DNA from: Azospirillum sp. 51_20
Lineage (GTDB): Bacteria; Pseudomonadota; Alphaproteobacteria; RF32; CAG-239
Reading direction: 5' to 3'
DNA: 64,000 nucleotides
NCBI GenBank assembly: GCA_001917175.1
Contig: MNTV01000026.1
Coordinates: 817 to 64,816 of the forward strand
Part shown: piece after piece, positions 43,610 through 53,133 of the stretch
Layout: each line of letters begins with the position of its first letter
Numbering within the stretch: the stretch's first letter is position 1
The notes under the pieces: model-generated
Databases searched by the model: none
The model's input: the letters and a program-made list of their open reading frames with translations, nothing else
What the model was told of the DNA's origin: nothing
Translations under genes and position numbers: made by a program

Positions 43610-46228
43610 TTAACGACTTTCTATCTCTTTTTGCATCTTAGCAAGCTGCCTTAGTTCCCTACGGCTAAGATTTTGAGCTTCTGGAGAATTCGGATTCAGC
43701 TTCTGAGCTGCCTGAGCCCCTTCAAGTCCCGGACGTTTGCCGGACTGGGTAGTGGCGCCGACAGTATACTTTTCTTCTTTCTGTACGGAACGGGTAATGA
43801 CTTCATCACCGCCGCGGTCGCCGTCCCCTTCCAGCTCCAGACGAATGTCGGAACCGCTGTTTTCTTCCGTGATAATAGTGGCGGGAATCGGTTTTTGCGG
43901 TTCAATCGGCTCAACGATTTTTCTTTCCTCGCCGCCTTTGACTTCTTCATACATAACCCGTTTGTCATCCGGACAATTGGTACCTTCACCGATAACGCGG
44001 ATCCGGCGGGTCATGGTCAGGGTACCATCTTCATCAACCGGCAATCCTTTGTAACCGGCGCCGGCTACGGCGAAGAATTTATCCGCATCCATCCGGCCGT
44101 CAGCTCTGCCGGCTTCGTTTAAGGTACAGATGTCAAGCGTTTTGCGGGCGGTTTCCATCTGCTCGGCCGTCAGCTGATCGCCGCAGCCCAGCAGATGGTA
44201 AATGTCTTCCAACTGCTTGCCAAGGGAACCGGTGCCGATGGTACCGAACTCTCCGCTCTTAACCGAAGTGATCGCCGCCAGACGGGAGAACTTGAACAGT
44301 ACCTGTTCAGCCGTCATCGGGTTGTCGGAGTCAACGCTCAACTCGGCCGCATAGTGGGCGGCATGTGAATAAAAACGATCCATACCGGCGCCGTCGGTGG
44401 TATCCAGTTTATCATACCAGCTTTTCAGGGTTTCAAACTGACGACGGCTGATGCCCATGTTTTCGTTCCATTGTTCGGGGAAATCCTTCATTTCAAAATC
44501 ATCAACGACAGACGTCTGTTCGGTTTGAACCTCTGCTTCCCGGTTGTCGGCCTGCGCTACCCGGATATCGGCGTCACTCTGTTCCCGCGCATCGGTAAGA
44601 TTTTCACCTTGCAGCGTCTTTCGAACATTGAGCGTATCGGTTTGCGCTTTTTGAACGGTAATACTGTCCGTCTGTTGCTCTAATGTTTCCGAATGCGGAT
44701 CAGTCAGCGTATCTGACCGGGTTTCGCCGGCATGAGCGTCACTGCAGGCCTCGGCCACAAACATGGTTACCGCGGCGCCGAGAGCAGACATTCCCAGACT
44801 CTTCCATTCTCTTTTGCGTTCTTCGGCGTCTTTGGCCGTTGCTACGCCGACGATATTGCTGGTTACTGACCCGGCAATCGTTACCGCGCGTTTGGCCATT
44901 TTCTGTGCGGCCAGTTGTTTGGCAACTTCCGCCGCCGTCTGAGTTGCCACGTCGGCACCGACCGAAGCCGCCGTGCCGGCAATGCCCCAGCTGACGGCCG
45001 CCGCACCGACCGAAAACACCGCTTTGGTCAAAAACTTGCCATTGGTATAAATTTCTTTGTAGCTTTTGTCCGGGTGTTCCTTTTTCTGCTTATACGCTTC
45101 GTAGATAACCCGGCGGCCGACGGTATAGGCGGCATACGCGGCGCCGCCGACCAGCGCGGCCGTTCCGCCGGTGGCGACCGTTGCGGCAAAACCGGCGGCG
45201 GCAACCATGTCGGCCCCGATTTCATATTTATTTTTATAGATGTTTTTGGCAACGCTCAGGGCAATTTCGTATTTGTTTTCCCAAACGTGTTTGCAGCCTT
45301 CGTTGAAAGCGACGATGCCGTCCGACATCTTTTTGTTGCAGCTTTCAAAAACCTTGTTGGCGCCGGCTCTCGCCTTCTGCCACTGATTGCGCAACGTTTT
45401 GCCCTGATCTTTCAGCTTGGCAAAACCCCGATTGATTCGGTCGGCGATTTTTTTGACATTGTTTTTATACTCGGCCAGCCGCTCTTCCGCCTGAGCCGAC
45501 ACTTTGGCGCAATAGCCGATGGCGCCTTCGACGCCGATCGACAGTTTTTCCGCGCCCGATTTGCCGATATTGGCAATCTTTTCCTTTATTTCCTTGGTTC
45601 GGGCGGAAAGCAGAATTTTTGCCTCTTCGTCGGCCTTTTTTCTGTCGCCGGAATATTTCTTGTCCATTTCCCGGTTGATTTTGGTCGTTTCGGCAACAAG
45701 AAAGCTCTGCAAAAGCGCCAAATCGATTTTTTCGTTCAGGGTTTCCCGGTAAACGGCTTTTTTGGCTTCCGCATCAGCCGCGTTCATAAACTTTTTGGCC
45801 GCCGGAGATTCCGGGCTGCTGGCGCCGCGGAGCTCGCTGTCGGCTTCCAGCTTGGCCGCGGCAACGATCTGCGCGATCATTTTGTCACGCTCTTTGCCTT
45901 CCACGGCTTTGCTTACTTCTTTACCGTTTTCGCTGACGGTCTGATACAGTTCGACTTTTTCCAGCCGTTTGCGGGTATCGGCAAAAGCCGGATCTTTTTC
46001 GTCCAGAGGATCGGTTGCCGCACTCAGTTCCTCCACCGCTTTGGCCGACGTCGCCAAACCGGTATACAGACTCATATCCAGCTTTACTTTGGTTTCGATG
46101 TGCTGAAGCAGCCTGGCAAATTCGGCGCCGTACTCTTTTTGTCCGTTTAAGGCGTCGTAGAGCTCGTCGGCATCGTTAAAATTGCCGTTTCTGATCAATT
46201 CCGCTGCTTGCTTTGCATTCATTGCCAT
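43610..46228 (-). CDS. large hypothetical protein: coiled-coil N-terminal region, Gly/Ala-rich membrane core, soluble C-terminal region
   Basis: Start at ATG 46228 (GAGGAG 7 nt upstream). Four hydrophobic G/A-rich segments (ADMVAAAGFAATVATGGTAALVGGAAYAAY; AVFSVGAAAVSWGIAGTAASVGA; AVTIAGSVTSNIVGVA; LGMSALGAAVTMFVAEA). No family recognised. Confidence 0.8.
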   Translation of the reverse strand: MAMNAKQAAELIRNGNFNDADELYDALNGQKEYGAEFARLLQHIETKVKLDMSLYTGLATSAKAVEELSAATDPLDEKDPAFADTRKRLEKVELYQTVSENGKEVSKAVEGKERDKMIAQIVAAAKLEADSELRGASSPESPAAKKFMNAADAEAKKAVYRETLNEKIDLALLQSFLVAETTKINREMDKKYSGDRKKADEEAKILLSARTKEIKEKIANIGKSGAEKLSIGVEGAIGYCAKVSAQAEERLAEYKNNVKKIADRINRGFAKLKDQGKTLRNQWQKARAGANKVFESCNKKMSDGIVAFNEGCKHVWENKYEIALSVAKNIYKNKYEIGADMVAAAGFAATVATGGTAALVGGAAYAAYTVGRRVIYEAYKQKKEHPDKSYKEIYTNGKFLTKAVFSVGAAAVSWGIAGTAASVGADVATQTAAEVAKQLAAQKMAKRAVTIAGSVTSNIVGVATAKDAEERKREWKSLGMSALGAAVTMFVAEACSDAHAGETRSDTLTDPHSETLEQQTDSITVQKAQTDTLNVRKTLQGENLTDAREQSDADIRVAQADNREAEVQTEQTSVVDDFEMKDFPEQWNENMGISRRQFETLKSWYDKLDTTDGAGMDRFYSHAAHYAAELSVDSDNPMTAEQVLFKFSRLAAITSVKSGEFGTIGTGSLGKQLEDIYHLLGCGDQLTAEQMETARKTLDICTLNEAGRADGRMDADKFFAVAGAGYKGLPVDEDGTLTMTRRIRVIGEGTNCPDDKRVMYEEVKGGEERKIVEPIEPQKPIPATIITEENSGSDIRLELEGDGDRGGDEVITRSVQKEEKYTVGATTQSGKRPGLEGAQAAQKLNPNSPEAQNLSRRELRQLAKMQKEIESR

Positions 46229-46370
46229 GAGTTTTCTCCTCAAAATCCCCATATTCTACATATTTGCCTGCACTATACCACAGAAAGTATGTGCAGGCAA
46301 GTATTTTTTGTCAATTTTTGTATTCTTTTACAAATTTTTAATAATCGGCATGATGAATTTTCAAACCCTT

Positions 46371-47963
46371 TTATTGCAGAGTCTGTCCTTTTTTCTCTTT
46401 CATGGCTTCCAAGACCGCCGGATCCATTTCCCGTTTTTTCGGGAAAGCCTTCTCCATGGCGGCGTTAATGTTGACCTTTTCTTCTTCCGTCCGCTCGCCG
46501 TAAGGTTTGGTTTCGACAACAAAAGAGCCACCGTTTTCCGGCTTGCGTTTAATGCTGTCAACACCATAACGCTGCAATGCGGTTTCATAAAGCGCCTGCT
46601 TGTCCTTGTCTCCGTCATATTCAGCTTCAACATATTTCATCATAAGGATCTTCGCCTTCAGCGCATCTTCCTTGTCACCTTCCAACACACCGCTTTTCAA
46701 CTCTTCTTCTTTCTTTCTCAGACTATTTTCAAATTCATCCGTATCATCTCTGGAATCTAAGTCAAGGTCCCTCGAGTAACGCCCCAAACATGACTGAACC
46801 ACATTACTTTTTACGGAATAGGATGTCTCTTTTTCCTGTTTTTCTTCTTTTTTCTCTTCCGTCTTTTCTTCTTTCGGCACAAAACCGTTATAGACTGCGC
46901 GGTCTTCCTCGCTTAAGTTCTGGATTTCGACCCCGCCTTTGGCACAGGCTTCGATCAGCGCGGCCTTGAATTCCGGCGTCATGGTCGGACCGAGCTTGAT
47001 ATCCTGTCCGTTTTCTTTGGCCAGAGCGATAATTTCCTTAAAATGATCAGCATTGGGCTTTTCGCCTTCCGGCGTTTTGACCGACAGTTTGTCCTTGTCG
47101 GCATAATGAACCTCGGTACCGTTTTTGAACTTGCCTTTCAAACCGGCCGGACGCTCGCCGTTCTCATCGGCCTCGTTATCGCGGGTCCACTCGTTGCCGT
47201 TTTCCTGACCGTATCTGGTTAAGGCCGCGTCATATTTCCTGACCCAGTCGGGATCTTCATTTTCCGCCGTGCGCGGACCGTTGCCGTCCGCTCCGTCGAC
47301 TTCAATGGCAGAACCGTCGCCGGCCGCCGCAGTGCCGTCGTTGCCTTCCCCCGTATCCTGCCGATCGTCGTTGCCGTCCTTTTCCAGCTCTTTATGCCGC
47401 TTTTCCAGCTTTTCAAAATCTGCTTCGCTGACTTTACCGTCTGCAATCTTTATTTCCAGATCTTTAAACTTTTCCTCATCATAATAGCCGGGAAGATCGA
47501 CCATGTGGTCATTTTCGTTGTCCGCGGCGGCGCTGCCGGCCGGAACATTATCTTCAACTTCCGGTTGCTTTTTGTCTTCGCTCATTTGTTCCTCCTGTGA
47601 CGATATTCCCAAATAATCTTTCAAACTTCCGGGTTTAACATACAATTCCCGGTAAATGGCATCATTAAACTCCACATCTTTCAAAACGCCGTGCAGTTTC
47701 CGCTGTTTGAGTTCGGCCTGCAGCATGTTCTGTACTTTCTTCTGTCCTTTGGCAGTCGCGTTCAGATAGTGCGGTATTTTATCGTTGCGGAGCATTTCCC
47801 CGATTCTGGCAAAGCCATCGCCTTCGCCTTTCTGCGAAGCCGCACGTTCCAAATTCACCCTGACGCCGGCCATATAGTTCTGATAAGGTCTAGAAACCTT
47901 GACTTTGTCAACGACCTCAAGCAGCGCGTCCGTTTCTTCGGTTGTCAGATTGACTTCGGCCAT
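46371..47963 (-). CDS. large acidic hypothetical protein
   Basis: Start at ATG 47963 (AAAGAGG upstream). 530 aa, rich in D/E/K with low-complexity acidic stretches. No signal peptide and no family recognised. Confidence 0.8.
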   Translation of the reverse strand: MAEVNLTTEETDALLEVVDKVKVSRPYQNYMAGVRVNLERAASQKGEGDGFARIGEMLRNDKIPHYLNATAKGQKKVQNMLQAELKQRKLHGVLKDVEFNDAIYRELYVKPGSLKDYLGISSQEEQMSEDKKQPEVEDNVPAGSAAADNENDHMVDLPGYYDEEKFKDLEIKIADGKVSEADFEKLEKRHKELEKDGNDDRQDTGEGNDGTAAAGDGSAIEVDGADGNGPRTAENEDPDWVRKYDAALTRYGQENGNEWTRDNEADENGERPAGLKGKFKNGTEVHYADKDKLSVKTPEGEKPNADHFKEIIALAKENGQDIKLGPTMTPEFKAALIEACAKGGVEIQNLSEEDRAVYNGFVPKEEKTEEKKEEKQEKETSYSVKSNVVQSCLGRYSRDLDLDSRDDTDEFENSLRKKEEELKSGVLEGDKEDALKAKILMMKYVEAEYDGDKDKQALYETALQRYGVDSIKRKPENGGSFVVETKPYGERTEEEKVNINAAMEKAFPKKREMDPAVLEAMKEKKGQTLQ

Positions 47964-48053
47964 TGTCAGCACCTCTTTGTTGTTTGCTTATATCGGCAAG
48001 ATAACACAAAAAAACGTTTTTGTCCACTTTTTTGTTAAATATCAATTGCGATT

Positions 48054-48088
48054 ATAAAAAAAACGAGCCGCAAAAGCAACTCGTTTTC
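48054..48088 (-). terminator. rho-independent terminator of nrdG
   Basis: On the minus strand: aacgag-ttgcttttgcgg-ctcgtt followed by tttttttt. Confidence 0.6.
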
Positions 48089-48106
48089 AAAAGGTTGTGA
48101 CAAAAA

Positions 48107-48811
48107 TCAGCGACGGACGTCAAATACCCGGAAGCAGGCACGAAGATGCTCGAGCAACTCCTTGTCGAGAAAGAAACGCTCACAATCGGCATCGGTCGAG
48201 GTTTTATCGCTTTCAACCGGGCGGTACTTTTGCAGAAAATACTTTTCCACTCCCCGCGCCTTTAGTTCCCCGGCGATCATATAAATGTCCTCAATTGTCA
48301 GAATCCGCGGGTCGCAGGTAGTGCGGCATTCAAAATCGACACCGCTTTCCGTCAGCAGCTTCAGGCTTTCCTCCGCTTCATGCAGATGATCGGCACCACC
48401 TACCGCCGTTTTGTATTTTTCCCGTTCAAACGGCGCCTTGACGTCAAAACCGATCCAGTCAACCAGCGGCAGAACTTCCGCCAGATGCTTCGGCCGGTAG
48501 CCGCCGGTATGCAGTCCGATCAAAAAGCCCAGTTCCTTCACTTCGGCGACGGCCGCCGCCAGACCGTTTTGCATCAGCGGCTCGCCGCCGGAAAAAACGA
48601 CGCCGTCCAAAATGCCGCGCCGGGTTTTCAGAAATTCGACAAACTTTTCCCAGACGAAGTTGTCCGCCGCCGAGGCGTCCTGCAAAAACGCGTTGTGACA
48701 GAACGGACACCGCCACGGACAGCCCTGCATAAAGACAACAGCCGCTATCTTATCAGGAAAATCGACGGTGCTGAAAGTTTCAACACCGCCGATCTTAACC
48801 GGGTTTACCAT
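48107..48811 (-). CDS. nrdG: anaerobic ribonucleoside-triphosphate reductase activating protein (radical SAM)
   Basis: Start at ATG 48811 (MVNPVKIGG). Radical-SAM cluster GCPWRCPFCHN. GGEPLMQ. Confidence 0.85.
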   Translation of the reverse strand: MVNPVKIGGVETFSTVDFPDKIAAVVFMQGCPWRCPFCHNAFLQDASAADNFVWEKFVEFLKTRRGILDGVVFSGGEPLMQNGLAAAVAEVKELGFLIGLHTGGYRPKHLAEVLPLVDWIGFDVKAPFEREKYKTAVGGADHLHEAEESLKLLTESGVDFECRTTCDPRILTIEDIYMIAGELKARGVEKYFLQKYRPVESDKTSTDADCERFFLDKELLEHLRACFRVFDVRR

Positions 48812-48828
48812 TGCCGCCGGCTCAAAGG

Positions 48829-49038
48829 CTATTCGGCCGCAACGTTGACATAGGTTGCACAGCCGCAGCCTTCGACCGCTTTGGCTTCGGTGAAATACTG
48901 TCTGGCGTAAAATTCCGACTTTTTGCCTTTGTTGAATTCGGATACCGGACGCAGATAGCCCATAACCCGGGTCCATACTTCGCAGGGCTGTCTTTCTTCG
49001 TCGCTCAGTTTTACGTCATTGATATTTACAACTGTCAT
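48829..49038 (-). CDS. stand-alone glycyl-radical domain of class III RNR (NrdD C-terminal piece)
   Basis: CEVWTRVMGYLRPVSEFNKGKKSEFYARQYF matches the NrdD C-terminal glycyl-radical signature (RVxGY...N.GK..E). Has its own RBS, GGAG 8 nt upstream of the ATG. Confidence 0.7.
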   Translation of the reverse strand: MTVVNINDVKLSDEERQPCEVWTRVMGYLRPVSEFNKGKKSEFYARQYFTEAKAVEGCGCATYVNVAAE

Positions 49039-49077
49039 TTCTCTTCTCCAAATTTAATTGTATCATAATGTTGATGT

Positions 49078-51141
49078 TTATGCAACTTCGGATGAGGCTG
49101 CGGCTCTTCTTTTTTCTGCCATCTTCTCTTCGTCGCAGAAGGGGCAGTATTTGTGTTCTCCGGAAATGTAACCGTGCTTGGGGCAAACGGAAAAAGTCGG
49201 AGTGATGGTAATGTACGGTAAACGGTAGTTGGTCAGCACGCGTTTGACAATGTCGCGGCAAACCTTGGCCGAAGACACACGCTGCCCCATATAGAGGTGC
49301 AGCACCGTGCCGCCGGTATATTTCGACTGCAGATCGGCCTGCAGCTCCAACGCCTCGAACGGATCGTCGGTAAAGCCGACCGGCAGCTGCGAAGAGTTGG
49401 TATAATAGGGGTTCTCGCTTGTACCCGCCTGAATGATGCCGACAAAGCGCTTTTTGTCTTCGCGGGCAAAGCGGTAGGTGGCGCTTTCCGCCGGAGTGGC
49501 CTCAAGGTTGTACATATGGCCGGTTTCTTCCTGGATTTTGACCAGACGCGCACGGATGTAGTCCAAGAACTTTTCGGCAAAGGCGCGGCCCCATTCGTCG
49601 GTGATGTCATGCTTGCCGTCGGTGAAGTTCAGGATCATCTCGTTGATGCCGTTGACGCCGATGGTCGAAAAATGGTTGCGGAGCGTGCCGAGGTAGCGTT
49701 TGGTGTAGGGGAACAAACCGTTGTCGATCAGACGCTGAATCAGCTTGCGCTTGAGTTCCAGCGAAGTGCGGGCAATGTTCATCAGTTCGTCGACGCGGGC
49801 AAACAGGCCGGCTTCGTTGTTTTTGTAAACAAAGCCCAGACGCGCACAGTTGAAAGTGACGACGCCGATCGACCCCGTCTGCTCGGCCGAACCGAACAGG
49901 CCGTTGCCTTTGGCCAGCAGTTCGCGCAGATCAAGCTGCAGACGGCAGCACATGGAACGAATCTGTCCCGGCTTCAGGGTCGAGTTGATAAAGTTCTGGA
50001 AATAAGGCAAACCGTATTTGGCCGTCATTTCAAACAACAATTCGGTGTTCTCGTCTTCCCAGGGGAAATCCGGCGTCATGTTGTAAGTCGGAATCGGGAA
50101 AGTAAACGGCCGCCCCTTGATGTCGCCTTTCATCATGACATTGATGTAGGCTTTGTTGATCATGTCCATTTCCGGCTTGAGGTCGCCGTAGGTAAACGGC
50201 TGTTCGACGCCGGCGATCAGCGGATGCTTGTCGCGCAGATCTTCCGGGCATACCCAGTCAAAGGTAAAGTTGGTAAACGGCGTCTGCGATCCCCAGCGGG
50301 AAGGAACGTTCAGGTTGTAAATCAGTTCCTGAAAGGCCTGTTCAACCTGTTCATAGCTCAGATTGTCCGCCCGGATGTAGGGCGCCAGGTAGGTGTCGAC
50401 CGAAGAAAAAGCCTGTGCGCCGGCCCACTCGTTTTGCAGCGTGCCCATAAAATTGACCATCTGGCCGACAGCTGCCGACAGGTGTTTGGCCGGGCCGGCC
50501 TCGGCTTTGCCGGGAACGCCGTTGAAACCTTCGTGCAATAGGTTTTTCAACGACCAGCCGGCGCAATAGGCGGCCAGCATGTCCAAATCGTGAATGTGAA
50601 TGTCGCCGTTGCGGTGGGCTTCTCCGACTTCCGCCGGATAAACGTGGCTCAGCCAGTAGTTAGCGGTAACTTTGCCGGCGACGTTTAAGATCAAACCGCC
50701 GTTGGAATAACCCTGGTTGGCGTTGGCATTGACGCGCCAGTCCAGTTTTTCCAGATATTCGTTGATCGAACTTTCAACGTCGACCATCACCTTTTTTTCG
50801 CCGCGCAGGCGATGGCGCTGCTCGCGGTAAAGAATATAAGCCTTGGCGGTGGTGAAATAGTTGGCGGAAATCAGCACCTGTTCGACCACGTCCTGAATGC
50901 ATTCGATCGTCGGCAGGGTTTCCGTAAATTTGTGTTCCAGCACTTTCAGAACCTGAGCCGTCAGCAGATAGCTCTCCTGTTCGCCGAACTCGCCGGTTGA
51001 TTCACCCGCTTTGCGGATGGCGTTGTAAATTTTGTCGCTGTCAAACGGAACCATGGTGCCGTCCCGTTTGATCACATTGGCGATTTTGGTCTCCTTGGCT
51101 TTGGAAACGCTGTACTTTTCTTCGGACATCGCTTTTGACAT
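49078..51141 (-). CDS. nrdD: anaerobic ribonucleoside-triphosphate reductase, large piece lacking the glycyl-radical tail
   Basis: ATP-cone VIKRDGTMVPFDSDKIYNAIRKA. Catalytic core motifs. Ends right after the zinc-ribbon region SVCPKHGYISGEHKYCPFCDEE. Confidence 0.93.
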   Translation of the reverse strand: MSKAMSEEKYSVSKAKETKIANVIKRDGTMVPFDSDKIYNAIRKAGESTGEFGEQESYLLTAQVLKVLEHKFTETLPTIECIQDVVEQVLISANYFTTAKAYILYREQRHRLRGEKKVMVDVESSINEYLEKLDWRVNANANQGYSNGGLILNVAGKVTANYWLSHVYPAEVGEAHRNGDIHIHDLDMLAAYCAGWSLKNLLHEGFNGVPGKAEAGPAKHLSAAVGQMVNFMGTLQNEWAGAQAFSSVDTYLAPYIRADNLSYEQVEQAFQELIYNLNVPSRWGSQTPFTNFTFDWVCPEDLRDKHPLIAGVEQPFTYGDLKPEMDMINKAYINVMMKGDIKGRPFTFPIPTYNMTPDFPWEDENTELLFEMTAKYGLPYFQNFINSTLKPGQIRSMCCRLQLDLRELLAKGNGLFGSAEQTGSIGVVTFNCARLGFVYKNNEAGLFARVDELMNIARTSLELKRKLIQRLIDNGLFPYTKRYLGTLRNHFSTIGVNGINEMILNFTDGKHDITDEWGRAFAEKFLDYIRARLVKIQEETGHMYNLEATPAESATYRFAREDKKRFVGIIQAGTSENPYYTNSSQLPVGFTDDPFEALELQADLQSKYTGGTVLHLYMGQRVSSAKVCRDIVKRVLTNYRLPYITITPTFSVCPKHGYISGEHKYCPFCDEEKMAEKRRAAASSEVA

Positions 51142-51176
51142 TCCTTCCCGTGGCTAGTGGTTAACTCAATTTCGAT

Positions 51177-51223
51177 CTACCATATATAGTTTAACAAAAA
51201 GTAAAAGCCTCTATATCTAGTAT
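51177..51223. promoter_or_regulatory. two NrdR-box-like palindromes upstream of nrdD
   Basis: ctaCCATATATAGttt (51177-51192) and cctCTATATCTAGtat (51208-51223). Centres are 31 bp apart, 36-82 nt upstream of the nrdD start. Matches the recalled NrdR-box form acaCwAtATaTwGtgt in tandem. Confidence 0.55.
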
Positions 51224-51691
51224 TGCACAACTTTTTATCAAATTCTTTTTTACGGCATGAATCGGTCAGATGACATGCTTTAGATACTGCAACAAAGCCG
51301 CGGTTTCATCAAGCCGGAAAAATTTATATTTGCCCCCTTTTTACTCTTGACATAAGGCATGCCTTTAGAAAGCGGGAAAAATTTTTTTTGCCCTCTGGTG
51401 GATAAAATTTTGCAAAAAACTCTTTTTGTCACAAAAACAACCGTTTATAAAAAAAGTTAATATACACAAGCAGTTTGCGGCCGCGGACCACCCGCCGCCC
51501 TTTTATCCACAGACAATTTTTAGACGAAAAAGATAATCCTTTGCAAGTTTTCCGTCCGCTGCGGGAAACCTTCAGCCGCCTTAAAAAAACGCCTTTTGCG
51601 GAAACGGCGAGCAAAAAGGTTGTAATGTGCGGACAAGTCAATTATATTTATCTTTAGTTTTAATTCAAACAGGTTTTATAAGGACAAAGGA

Positions 51692-52303
51692 ATGAAGATT
51701 TTATACGCCGCGGCGGCCTTTCTGCTGTGGCTGCCAGCCGCAACCGCCGCCGTGCCGACCAGCAGCGACATCGGAAAAATCGAAAACTATCTCAACTCGG
51801 TCAAAACGCTCACCGCGCGTTTTGTGCAGAACGCCAGCAACGGCAACGTCGCCGAAGGCAAACTGTGGATTGAAAAACCGAACAAAATCCGCATGGAATA
51901 CGGCGCGCCGACCAACGTGCTGATCGTCGGCAACGGCGATTTTATCGTTTACCACGACAAAGACCTTGATCAGGTGAGCAACATCGACTATGAGGACATT
52001 CCCGCCAGCCTGATCCTCGGCAACGATATCCGAATCGACGGCAAAAACATCAAAATCACCGATTTTTATCAGGACTCGGGGACTACCATCGCCACCTTGG
52101 AATATGCCAAAGGCGGCATCGGCCCGATTACCCTGGTGTTCAACAACCAGCCGTTTGAATTGAGGCAGTGGAAAATCGTTGATCCGCAAAGCGTGGAAGT
52201 GACGGTTTCCCTTTACGGCAGCAAAACCGACGAAAAATTGCCGGCCTCCCTGTTCCGTTTCCGCAAGCCGAATAATCCGCTTAACAACAAAAAAGGACGT
52301 TAA
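51692..52303 (+). CDS. lolA: outer-membrane lipoprotein carrier protein LolA
   Basis: Signal peptide, then LTARFVQNASNGNVAEGKLWIEKPNKIRMEY, typical of LolA. Confidence 0.85.
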   Translation: MKILYAAAAFLLWLPAATAAVPTSSDIGKIENYLNSVKTLTARFVQNASNGNVAEGKLWIEKPNKIRMEYGAPTNVLIVGNGDFIVYHDKDLDQVSNIDYEDIPASLILGNDIRIDGKNIKITDFYQDSGTTIATLEYAKGGIGPITLVFNNQPFELRQWKIVDPQSVEVTVSLYGSKTDEKLPASLFRFRKPNNPLNNKKGR

Positions 52304-53100
52304 TGACTAAAATCTTAAGCTGGAACGTCAATTCGCTGCGCATCCGCCTGGCGGAGCTTGAACGAATCGCGCACGAAGAAAATCCCGACGTCGTCTGCCT
52401 GCAGGAAGTGAAAGCCAAAGAAGAAGACTTTCCGTTTGCCGCCGTCAAAGCGGCCGGTTTTGAACATATCGCCCTTTACGGCATGGCCGGCTACAACGGC
52501 GTGGCCATTCTTTCCCGCCGTCCGCTGACCGGCGTCCGCCGTTTCGACTGGGCGGGAAAAGCCGATGCCCGTCACATCAGCGCGGTAACGGAAGAAGGAA
52601 TCGAAATCCACAATATTTACATTCCCGCCGGCGGCGACCTGCCCGATCCGGCCGCCAACCCGGCCTTTGCCCGCAAGCTGGCTTTTATTGAAGAACTGGA
52701 CGCCTATTTTGCCGGCCGCAAAGCCGAAGGAGCAACACGAAAAATGCTCGTCTGCGGCGATTTTAACGTCGCCCCGTCGGAAAATGATGTCTGGAACCAC
52801 AAACAGCTTCTGAAAATCGTTTCCCACACGCCGGCGGAAACGTCAAGACTGCAGAAATGGTACCGGGAATCGGGACTGGTCGACGCCGTCCGCCGCTGCC
52901 GTCCGGAACCGGAAAAAGTCTTTTCCTGGTGGAGTTACCGCAACCCCAACTGGCAAACCAACGACAAAGGACGGCGGCTGGATCATGTCTGGATCAGTCC
53001 GGCGCTGGCGCCGCAGCTGCAATCTGCTTTTGTCTTAAAAGAATACCGCGGACACGAACGTCCTTCCGACCATGTGCCGGTCGGCGTCGTGCTGGCATAA
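52303..53100 (+). CDS. xthA: exodeoxyribonuclease III
   Basis: ILSWNVNSLRIRL...VCLQEVK...GDFNVAPSE...SDHVPV. The start shares one base with the lolA stop (TAATG). Confidence 0.92.
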   Translation: MTKILSWNVNSLRIRLAELERIAHEENPDVVCLQEVKAKEEDFPFAAVKAAGFEHIALYGMAGYNGVAILSRRPLTGVRRFDWAGKADARHISAVTEEGIEIHNIYIPAGGDLPDPAANPAFARKLAFIEELDAYFAGRKAEGATRKMLVCGDFNVAPSENDVWNHKQLLKIVSHTPAETSRLQKWYRESGLVDAVRRCRPEPEKVFSWWSYRNPNWQTNDKGRRLDHVWISPALAPQLQSAFVLKEYRGHERPSDHVPVGVVLA

Positions 53101-53133
53101 TTGCCGGCATGAAAAAGCCCCCGCGGACAGGGG

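Noticed and set aside
43104-48100. Prophage, IS or integrative-element interpretation of the block containing the two family-less genes
   Set aside because: I could find no integrase, transposase, phage structural gene, tRNA attachment site or flanking direct repeats. I report it only as a compositionally odd two-gene block.
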